A stretch of DNA of 64,000 nt, from assembly GCA_965224025.1 (NCBI GenBank), contig CBDCYE010000001.1, positions 1 through 64,000 of the forward strand, written 5' to 3'. Positions 10,720 to 18,361 of the stretch are shown here, in pieces; the stretch's first letter is position 1; each line of letters begins with the position of its first letter. Both the position numbers and the translations under genes were made by a program. The notes under the pieces were generated by a model. It was given only the letters and a program-made list of their open reading frames with translations. It had not been told where the DNA came from and searched no databases. This stretch comes from Candidatus Multivorans sp. (GTDB lineage: Bacteria; Acidobacteriota; Thermoanaerobaculia; Multivoradales; Multivoraceae).

Positions 10720-11415
10720 GTGGCGGCCTCACAGGCGCTGGAGGCGTTGGCGATGGCGGCGCGGAGCAGCCGCGGCCATGAGCCCTGGGTGTTCTACCCG
10801 CAGGATGGCCGCTGGCGGTGGTGGTCGTTTCAGCGCGGCTGGACCGAGGTCGAGCGCTGGCGGCCGGCGCTGGAGAGCGGTGAACGACCATCGGTCGAAC
10901 GGATCCCGGCGCCCCAGTCCTCTCCGCAGGCGCTCTGCTGTCACCTCGCAGTGGCCCCGACGGAGACCGTCGCTGCCGCCGTCTTCGACGGGTTGCTGGC
11001 GCCGCGGCAGCCGGCGCGGGAGATCGTCGTCGTCACCCCGCCCGCGGCGTCGTCGCCGGCGGGGGTGGACCGTCTGGCCGTGCCTTGGCTGCATTGGTGC
11101 TGCGCGAATCTGGCGGTGTTGGTGCTCGAACCGAACCGCGAGGCGCTGGTCGGTTCAGTGTTGTGGTGCCGGCCGACGGTGCTCCTTGCCGGCATAGCGG
11201 AGGAGCGCGCACTCGCCGCGGCGGTGCGGGAGCGGAGCCGGGACCGCGAACGCCGGGCCGTTGCGCTGCTCGACCGGCTCCGTGTCCTCCTGGTTGCGGC
11301 AGAAGATCCGGAGGACGCCGGCGAAGCGCCTGATACGGCCGCCTTGTGGCGTGCCTGGGGCGTCGAGCGGCGGTTTGTGTGTCGTCAAGACTGCGGATCG
11401 CCCTCTCGCCGGTGA
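10720..11415 (+). CDS. Hypothetical protein, possibly a degenerate acyl-CoA synthetase (ANL) N-terminal fragment
   Basis: The ORF fills the gap before the TRAP genes. DGRWRWWSF, RPTVLL, DRLRVLL and WRAWGV loosely resemble long-chain acyl-CoA ligase segments, but there is no TSGTTG motif. Confidence 0.45.
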   Translation: MAASQALEALAMAARSSRGHEPWVFYPQDGRWRWWSFQRGWTEVERWRPALESGERPSVERIPAPQSSPQALCCHLAVAPTETVAAAVFDGLLAPRQPAREIVVVTPPAASSPAGVDRLAVPWLHWCCANLAVLVLEPNREALVGSVLWCRPTVLLAGIAEERALAAAVRERSRDRERRAVALLDRLRVLLVAAEDPEDAGEAPDTAALWRAWGVERRFVCRQDCGSPSRR

Positions 11416-11516
11416 CGCCCGCCGGGGTCGGGCCGTTGATACAGTGCCGGCAGTTGAACACTGCAGGTCTGAGCGGCGCGGATGCGCCCCCGGCCGGCGC
11501 CCGAAGGAGGCCCAGG

Positions 11517-12569
11517 ATGAAGTTCCGGTTCTCGCCGCTGCTGGCGCTGCTCCTGGTTGCTGCGGCCGTTGCCGCGCCAGCCGGGGCGGCGGGCTTCACC
11601 ATCAAGATGGCGACGTTGTCGCCCGACGGTTCGCCCTGGGATGGCTTCTTCGACACCATGGGCCGGGACTGGGAGAAGGGCACCGATGGCCGGGTCAGCC
11701 TGACGATCTATCCCGGCGGCGTAGCCGGCGACGAGCCGGACATCCTGCGCAAGATGAAGATCGGCCAGTACCACGCGGCCGCCCTGTCGGTCAGCGGTCT
11801 GGCCGACATCTCGAAGGACTTCACCGTCTTCGAGATACCCCTCTTCTTCCGCTCCGAGCGCGAGATGTTCCACGTTCTGCGGGAACTGACCCCTGGTCTT
11901 CGCACCAAGCTGGACGAGAAGGGCTTCGTTCTTCTGGGTTGGGGCTACGTGGGGCAGGTGCATTTCTTCACGAATAGGCAAGCGCGCACCGTCGAGGAGA
12001 TGCAGAGGCTCAAGATCTTCACCTGGGCCGGAGACGAGGCGATGACCAACTGGTGGCGGCAGGGCGGCTTCAAGCCGGTGGCGCTGGCCGCCACCGACAT
12101 CGTCACCGGTTTGCAGACCGGCATGATCGATGCGCTCGCGGTGCCGCCGATCTACGCCATGTCGGTCCAGTTCTTCAAGCGGGCGAAGTACTTCGCCGAC
12201 ATCCCGTTGATCCCGATGATGGGCGCCATCGTGGTCACGAAGCGGGCTTGGAACCGCGTTTCCGACGCGGATCGCGAGGTGCTGATCGAGGGTGGTCAGC
12301 GGGCCGAGAGTCGGATCTTCGACACGATTCCCACCCTCGAACAAACGGCGATCAAGTTGATGGGAAGCCAGGGGCTGGAGGTCGTTCCGATTGTCGGCAC
12401 CGAGGTCGAGGACGATTGGAAGCGGATCGCCAACAGCTTCGCCGACGACATGCGGGGCAAGGTCGTACCGGAGGCGATCTTCGACCGGGCGACGGCGGTG
12501 CGGGACGCGTACCGCAAGCGGCAGGAGGCCGAAGCGGCCGCGTCTGCCGCCTCGGACAGCGGCCGGTAG
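11517..12569 (+). CDS. dctP: TRAP transporter substrate-binding protein DctP (TPAT-like)
   Basis: AAGGAGG RBS, signal peptide, IKMATLSPDGSPW, YPGGVAGDE and LQTGMIDA. Confidence 0.9.
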   Translation: MKFRFSPLLALLLVAAAVAAPAGAAGFTIKMATLSPDGSPWDGFFDTMGRDWEKGTDGRVSLTIYPGGVAGDEPDILRKMKIGQYHAAALSVSGLADISKDFTVFEIPLFFRSEREMFHVLRELTPGLRTKLDEKGFVLLGWGYVGQVHFFTNRQARTVEEMQRLKIFTWAGDEAMTNWWRQGGFKPVALAATDIVTGLQTGMIDALAVPPIYAMSVQFFKRAKYFADIPLIPMMGAIVVTKRAWNRVSDADREVLIEGGQRAESRIFDTIPTLEQTAIKLMGSQGLEVVPIVGTEVEDDWKRIANSFADDMRGKVVPEAIFDRATAVRDAYRKRQEAEAAASAASDSGR

Positions 12570-12575
12570 CGCCTC

Positions 12576-14414
12576 TTGACTGCAAGCGGCGCCGCGGCCC
12601 GGTTCCGGGCGGTGGTACGCCTCGTGCATCGCGCCGAGGATGGCGCCTCGAGCGTGCTTCTGGCCGCGATGGTGCTGCTGCCACTGGCGGAGATCGTCGT
12701 CCGCCAGACCGGTACCGGCATTCCCGGCGCGCTTCCCTTCCAACAGCACCTGACGCTGTGGGTTGCCTTCCTCGGCGCGGCCCTGGCGGCGCGCGAGGGG
12801 CGCCTGCTGGCCCTGGCCACCGGAACCCTCCTGCCCGAGGGCCGGTTTCGGAGCGCGGCGGCGGTTCTGACCGGCGGCGTCAGCGCGATGGTGGCGACGC
12901 TGCTGGGGCTGGCCAGTCTGGATCTGGTGCGGATCGAGCACGAGGGCGGCATCGAGATGGCGGCCGGCGTGCCCGTCTGGGTGGGGCAGGCGGTCATGCC
13001 GGTCGGCTTCGCGCTGCTGGCGCTGCGGCTGGCGTGGAAGTCGTCGGATCGCTGGCTGGGGCGCGGTCTGGCGATGCTCGGCATCGCGCTGGCGCTCTGG
13101 ATCAACGCGAACGGGGACGCCTTCGCCGATCGGACGGCGGCGCCCTGGTTGGTGCTGATTCTGGCTTCGACCCTGCTCGGCGGCCCCATCTTCGCCGCCC
13201 TGGGCGGCGCGGCCGTGTTCCTTTTCCTCACCGACTTCGTTCCGCTCGCCGCCATCCCGGCGGAGAGCTACCGGCTCGCGGTGTCTCCGACGCTGGCGGC
13301 GATTCCGCTGTTCACGCTGACCGGCTTCCTGCTCGCGGAGGGCGGGGCGTCCGAACGGCTGCTGCGGGTCTTCCGCGCCATGTTCGGCTGGGCGCCGGGC
13401 GGGACGGCGGTGGTCTGCGCCGTGGTGTGCGCGTTCTTCACCGTGTTCACCGGCGGTTCCGGGGTCACCATCCTGGCGCTCGGGGGTGTTCTCTTCGCCG
13501 CCCTCTCCGCGGACGGCTACCGCGAGCGGTTCTCGCTCGGGCTCCTGACCTCGTCCGGATCCCTGGGTCTTCTGCTACCGCCGGCTCTGCCGCTGATCCT
13601 CTTCGGCATCGTCGCGCAGGTGCCGATCGAGGACCTGTTCATCGGCGGCGTGGTGCCGGGTTTGTTGCTGATCGTCCTGATCGCAGCCTGGGGCGTGCGG
13701 GAGGGCCTGCGCGGCGGCGCCCGCCGCACCCGCGTCTCGATGCCGGAGCTCGGACGGGCAGTCTGGGCCGGAAAGTGGGAGTTGCTGCTCCCCGTCGTCA
13801 TCGTGGGCGCGATCTTCAGCGGCTACGCGACCCTGGTCGAGTCGGCGGCCCTGGCCGCTCTCTACGCCTTCATCGTCCAGTGCGTGATCCACCGCGATCT
13901 GAAGGTGGGGAAGCCACTGATCGCGGTGTTCCGGCAGTGCACCGTGCTGGTCGGCGGGGTGCTGATCATCCTGGTGGTGGCCATGGGGCTCACGAGTTGG
14001 CTGGTGGACGCCCAGGCGGCCCAGCGTCTGGTCGAGCTGGCGCAGGACAACATCGAATCGAAGATCCTCTTCCTGCTGCTGCTCAACGTCTTCCTGCTCC
14101 TGGTCGGCTGCTTGATGGACATCTTCTCGGCCACCGTGGTTGTCGTACCCCTGATCATTCCGATCGGTCTGGCCTTCGGCGTCGACCCGATCCATCTCGG
14201 GATCATCTTCGTCGCCAACCTTGAGCTGGGCTACCTGACGCCGCCGGTGGGCCTCAACCTGTTCCTGGCGTCCTACCGCTTCGAGCGACCGCTCATTCAG
14301 ATCTACCGCGCCGCCGTGCCGGCGCTCGTCATCCTCGGCGTCGGCGTGCTGCTGATCACCTACGTGCCGGTGCTGACCCTGGGTCTCCTGGAGCTGATGG
14401 GCAGGGGCGCCTGA
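12576..14414 (+). CDS. dctM: Fused TRAP small/large permease DctQM
   Basis: Polytopic membrane protein with LWVAFLGAALA, LAAIPLFTLTG, GSLGLLLPP and LGYLTPPVGLNLF. Confidence 0.92.
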   Translation: MTASGAAARFRAVVRLVHRAEDGASSVLLAAMVLLPLAEIVVRQTGTGIPGALPFQQHLTLWVAFLGAALAAREGRLLALATGTLLPEGRFRSAAAVLTGGVSAMVATLLGLASLDLVRIEHEGGIEMAAGVPVWVGQAVMPVGFALLALRLAWKSSDRWLGRGLAMLGIALALWINANGDAFADRTAAPWLVLILASTLLGGPIFAALGGAAVFLFLTDFVPLAAIPAESYRLAVSPTLAAIPLFTLTGFLLAEGGASERLLRVFRAMFGWAPGGTAVVCAVVCAFFTVFTGGSGVTILALGGVLFAALSADGYRERFSLGLLTSSGSLGLLLPPALPLILFGIVAQVPIEDLFIGGVVPGLLLIVLIAAWGVREGLRGGARRTRVSMPELGRAVWAGKWELLLPVVIVGAIFSGYATLVESAALAALYAFIVQCVIHRDLKVGKPLIAVFRQCTVLVGGVLIILVVAMGLTSWLVDAQAAQRLVELAQDNIESKILFLLLLNVFLLLVGCLMDIFSATVVVVPLIIPIGLAFGVDPIHLGIIFVANLELGYLTPPVGLNLFLASYRFERPLIQIYRAAVPALVILGVGVLLITYVPVLTLGLLELMGRGA

Positions 14415-14470
14415 AGTTGGGCAGGGACGACTGAAGGTAGGCAGGGACGACTGAAGATAGGTTGGCTCGA
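14411..14470 (+). repeat. Three imperfect 20-bp tandem repeats
   Basis: CTGAAGTTGGGCAGGGACGA / CTGAAGGTAGGCAGGGACGA / CTGAAGATAGGTTGGCTCGA. Confidence 0.85.
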
Positions 14471-15039
14471 TGAACTGGAAACGTCTGCAGTCGTTCGCCG
14501 TCGTCTGGTCCACGGTCTTCGTGGTTGCCGCGATCCTGGCCGTGGTCGGTGTTCAGGTCGTTCCGCGCGGCGTTCCGGGACTGGTCGGGGCGTTGCATGT
14601 GCTGGTGGCGGCCATCGGCTTCTTCTGCGGCGTCGCGGCGACCCGGCGCCGGGCCGAGATCGACGCCCTGCGCTGGCGCCGCGTGGAGGACTCGGACCTC
14701 ACTTCGAGCGAGCGGGAACACGCCCACCGCGAGGCGGAGTCGGAGCTGAAGGGGGCGAGCGCACGGTTCCTGCTCGTCGGCGTGACCTTGGGGGGCTGGC
14801 TCGCCTACCAGTTGCGCGCCGAGCGTCCGGAGGCGGGCGCCGCGGTCACGGAACTTCTGGGCGGTGAAGCGCCGGAGGTCGCCGCGCCCGGGCAGACCGC
14901 GGCCGAAGCCCTGGCGTCGGCGCCGGCGTACACGGTGAGCGCGTCCGATCTGCTCATCGCGACGCCGCTGATCGCGTTCGGTCTCGGCATGCTGTGGGCG
15001 CGTCGCGGCGCCGCCCGGTCGGCGCCCTACGGCGGCTGA
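14470..15039 (+). CDS. Hypothetical membrane protein
   Basis: 189-aa ORF with about 4 hydrophobic segments, co-oriented with the TRAP genes. Confidence 0.7.
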   Translation: MNWKRLQSFAVVWSTVFVVAAILAVVGVQVVPRGVPGLVGALHVLVAAIGFFCGVAATRRRAEIDALRWRRVEDSDLTSSEREHAHREAESELKGASARFLLVGVTLGGWLAYQLRAERPEAGAAVTELLGGEAPEVAAPGQTAAEALASAPAYTVSASDLLIATPLIAFGLGMLWARRGAARSAPYGG

Positions 15040-15068
15040 GCGAGCGGGGCGCTAGCCCGCATGTTTCA

Positions 15069-16215
15069 GTGCGCCGTGGTAAGGCGCCATTTCCCAGTGG
15101 GTGCGAATCCCGCCCGGCAACTGTCGCTCCAGCCGGAAGCAGTCGGAGCGGATGAAGGAGGTAACGAGATCGTCTGAAGCACTCCGATGAAGAAGGGCCG
15201 CCTTGGGCGGTTCAGCGAGCATGCGGGCCGCAACGCGAGTGAACGCCGAGCAGGCCTCGAAACGGGCAGTGCGGGAGCCGACCCGCCTGAAATACGGGGA
15301 AGGCTGCCACCGGTCGGGAAGCGAGCGACGCTTACACCGCCCGGTTCCGCCGGGGTAGTGGCGGCGGCACGCATGAAGAGGGAGATGGAGGCAACACGGG
15401 AAGCCCCCGATGGTGGCGTTGCACGCGCCAACCGACAACCCGCGAGGGAGAGGTCGTGGCCGTTTGGGGTGGCGGAGAGGCTCGTAGTACCGGGGATGCC
15501 GGGTAACTCCGGCGGAGGGAAGGGGCCTTGGTTCGGGAACAGCGTATGAAGGAGGGAAGGGACGTGAGGACTGGCGAGAGCCTAACCGCCTCAAAGAGTG
15601 TTCGGAGACTCCAGAGGACGCTACATGCGAAAGCGAAGGAAGCTCCAGGCTTCCGGTTCTACTCGCTGGCCGACAAGATGTGGCGCGCCGACGTGCTGTC
15701 CGTTGCCTGGCAGGAGGTCCGCCGCAACGGCGGCGCTGCGGGCGTGGACGGTGAGACGGTAGCGGCGATCGAATCGCGCGGTGTGGACCGATGGCTTGGG
15801 GCACTGTCGATTTGCCGTAGGCTGAGCGAGTTGACGGCGCGGCGCTACGGACTGCTGGAACCAGCGGTGGTGGTGGGACGACTCAACCGGCTGATGACCG
15901 GATGGGCGAACTACTTCACGCTGGGGCAGGTGAGTCCGTCCTACGCGGCGATAGATCGACACGCGACGCGGCGGCTGCGCCAGTGGCTGTGCCGGAAGCA
16001 CAAGGTGAGGTCGGGAAAGAGTGTGCGCTTCCCCGACGAGCGACTCTGGGAAGAGTACGCACTTACGCGCCTGACGGTGCGAACGGCCAGCCTTCCGTGG
16101 GCGAAGGCATGATCCCGTCCGAGAGCCGGATGCGGGAAAATCGCACGTCCGGTTCGATGAGCGGCGACTGGAAACGGAGCCGATCCAAGGCCACCGCGCC
16201 AGTCGTCGACTCTAC
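15069..16215 (+). mobile_element. Group II intron (bacterial IIB, class E/F-like) with internally deleted IEP
   Basis: 5' GTGCG; domain V GAGCCGGATGCGGGAAAATCGCACGTCCGGTTC at 16123-16155 (AGC triad); domain VI ending ACTCTAC; IEP remnant inside. Confidence 0.92.
15528..16112 (+). pseudogene. Group II intron IEP with in-frame deletion of the RT core (RT0 fused to X/maturase domain)
   Basis: RLQRTLHAKAKEAPGFRFYSL...NGGAAGVDG is joined at ~15810 directly to ICRRL...LNRLMTGWANYF...RLRQWLCRKHK. There is no PQG or YADD motif. Confidence 0.85.
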
Positions 16216-16429
16216 CCGAGGCGTCTTAGGAGCTCGTTTTGGAGCTGAGGCGGGCGTTTGAGCGTTGGCCGCGCGCTATCGGTGGGCGTCAGGGGTGGTG
16301 AGCGGGTTCGAGTCGGTGCTCGGAGGCGTGGCAAGGCCGTGCGGCGGCGCTGCTGGGTGGTCTTCGGGCGCACTCCGGCCCGGTAGGGATGCGAGGCGCC
16401 GTATTGTGGGGTCGGGTTGGCGTCCGGCC

Positions 16430-17854
16430 TCAGGCCGGCGGGTGGTAGAGGGGTTTGCTTCGGAGGTTTGCCAGGGCCTGGGCGAAGTCGTTCTGCCAGG
16501 GGAAGGCTGTTGGCAGGTGGATCCAGATGCGGCGGTGTGTGATGCGTATGCGGGCGGCGATCTTCAGGAACTGGAGGCGCAGGGTGCCGCACTGCAGGCG
16601 GGCCTTTGAGGTGCCTGGCAGGGCGAGTCGTCGCACGGCGGCGAGCAGGACGTAGGCGAAGGAGGAGAAGTAGAGGCGCAGTTGATTGGCGGCCATGGTG
16701 GCGGTCGAGGTGCGGTCGGCGAACAGGTCGAGCTGCTGCTCCTTGATGCGGTTCTCCATGTCTCCGCGGGCGCAGTAGAGCTGCTCGTAGAGTGCCTGCT
16801 TGCCGGCGCGGCTTTTCGGCAGATTGGAGACGATGAAGCGAGGATTGCCGCCCTTCTCGAGCCATTCCGCCTTGCCCGCCACGCGCCTCTTGCGAGACCA
16901 GGTGGAGCGTGTCCGGTAGCGGAACTCCCGGAACCGGCGCGACGCCTTGCCGGTGGCGCAGAAGCGCCGCCGCGACTTCGCAAGCGCCTTCGCAAGCCGC
17001 CTCGCAAGGCGCGGATTCTTTGCCAAGCCGAACACGTAGAAGAGTCCCTGCGTCTCGCACCAAGCCATGATCCGTTCCCGGCAGAAGCCCGAATCGCCGC
17101 GCAGGATGATCCGCGTGTCCGGCCACGCTTCTCGAATCCGGGCGACGATCGGCGCCAACTCGCGGACCGTGCCGGCGCTTGCGTCCTCATCCGCGCACCG
17201 CAGCCGCGCAAGCAGCAGGTGCCCGCCGCAGAACGCGTACAGCGGCATGTAGCAGTAGCACCGGTAGTAGCCGTGGAAAAATCGACCCTCCTGAGTCCCG
17301 TGCAGCGGATCGTCCGTCGCGTCGAGGTCCAGCACGATCTCCGCGGGAGCCTCCTCGTGAGCCTCCAGGAACAGCTCCACCAACAAACCGTCCAGTGCCG
17401 CACTGTCCGCCGGAATCCGCTTGTAGCGGTCCACTGAAGCTTTCTCCGGCAGGGACAACTCCAGCCGATTCAACCCGGATGCGCTCGCCAGAGGGCGACC
17501 CTTGTCCCGCGCCCGAAGACGATCCGCTCCCGTGATGTCCCGCTTGCCCACCAACAGCGCCATGAACGCGTCAAGGCGCAGCTGAGTGTGATCATTCAGG
17601 TCCTCGTAGCCCAGAGCCAGACCGTAGACACGCTGAGACACCAGCTCCCGGACCGTGTGCTCCACCGCCGACGGATTCCGGTAGTCCCGAAAACAAGACG
17701 CCATGCGCGCCAACAGGCCGATCCGAGCGTCCGCTTCCCGAAGCAGCAAGCCGCCGCCCTCCGTCGTCAACCGACCGCCGTCGAAACAAGCCGTCACCCG
17801 GCGACGACCGTGGAATCCGAACTCAAGCTGCGACGAAGTACACTCTGTGATCAC
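16430..17854 (-). CDS. IS1380-family DDE transposase
   Basis: FDGGRL, LGYEDLNDH, LDLDATDDPLHGTQEG, LRGDSGF, YCARGDMENRIKE and ANQLRL. Confidence 0.95.
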   Translation of the reverse strand: MITECTSSQLEFGFHGRRRVTACFDGGRLTTEGGGLLLREADARIGLLARMASCFRDYRNPSAVEHTVRELVSQRVYGLALGYEDLNDHTQLRLDAFMALLVGKRDITGADRLRARDKGRPLASASGLNRLELSLPEKASVDRYKRIPADSAALDGLLVELFLEAHEEAPAEIVLDLDATDDPLHGTQEGRFFHGYYRCYCYMPLYAFCGGHLLLARLRCADEDASAGTVRELAPIVARIREAWPDTRIILRGDSGFCRERIMAWCETQGLFYVFGLAKNPRLARRLAKALAKSRRRFCATGKASRRFREFRYRTRSTWSRKRRVAGKAEWLEKGGNPRFIVSNLPKSRAGKQALYEQLYCARGDMENRIKEQQLDLFADRTSTATMAANQLRLYFSSFAYVLLAAVRRLALPGTSKARLQCGTLRLQFLKIAARIRITHRRIWIHLPTAFPWQNDFAQALANLRSKPLYHPPA

Positions 17855-17978
17855 GGGCCTCACTCCTGCGGGTAGACCAAATGTCTGATAACACTTGGAT
17901 TATCCGCCGGATGAGGCCCGATCTCAAATCACCCCGTGAGATATGCGGGCTAGCGCTAGGAGACTGCGCGGCAGAAAA

Positions 17979-18023
17979 CTGGGTGCGCGGGCCTTCTGGC
18001 CCGCATCCGGCGCAAAGCGCCGG
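17979..18023 (+). repeat. REP-like palindromic repeat (intergenic copy)
   Basis: CTGGGTGCGCGGGCCTTCTGGCCCGCATCCGGCGCAAAGCGCCGG; same family as the copies at 23898 and 34507. Confidence 0.8.
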
Positions 18024-18050
18024 TCTCTGGGAGTTCTGCCGCGTAGTCTC

Positions 18051-18347
18051 CTACCGCAGCCGAGCCACGGTCGCGCCCCAACCGCCGCCGCCGGGGCCGC
18101 CGCTCTTGAACGAAACGACCCGCGGGTCGCGCTCCAGCACCTTGCGCACGATCTGACGCTGTACGCCGATGCCGCGGCCGTGAATGATGCGGACCTCGCG
18201 GAAGCCCTTCTCGTACGCGGCGTCGAGGTAGCTCTCAACCACGTCCTTCACGTCGCGGGGCGCGAAGGGGTGCAGGTCGATCTCGTCGCCGATCGGCACC
18301 TCCACGACATCGTCCATGTCGGGCGCGAAGTCGTCTTCGGGGGGCAT
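18051..18347 (-). CDS. Smr/MutS2-domain small protein
   Basis: EIDLH, VRIIHGRGIG and GGWGAT. Confidence 0.9.
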   Translation of the reverse strand: MPPEDDFAPDMDDVVEVPIGDEIDLHPFAPRDVKDVVESYLDAAYEKGFREVRIIHGRGIGVQRQIVRKVLERDPRVVSFKSGGPGGGGWGATVARLR

Positions 18348-18361
18348 GGCAGTGGCAATGC

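Larger units (their letters stand above)
15056..17949 (-). mobile_element. IS1380-family insertion sequence interrupted by a group II intron
   Basis: CTAG direct repeats at 15052-15055 and 17950-17953. Ends are CCCGCATGTTTCA|C (rejoined after removing the intron) and the reverse complement CCCGCATATCTCAC. Length is 1747 bp without the intron. Confidence 0.88.

Noticed and set aside
14411-14470. Mini CRISPR array
   Set aside because: The repeats are directly tandem with no unique spacers, and there are no cas genes in the window.
15056-15062. Link between the IS1380 tip (CCCGCAT) and the REP-like core (GCCCGCATCC)
   Set aside because: A 7-bp match in high-GC DNA; the REP copies lack the IBS1-like TTTCA and CTAG flanks.
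15528-16112. Retron, DGR or defence-associated reverse transcriptase
   Set aside because: It is flanked by canonical group II intron ends and domain V/VI, and lacks RT catalytic motifs.
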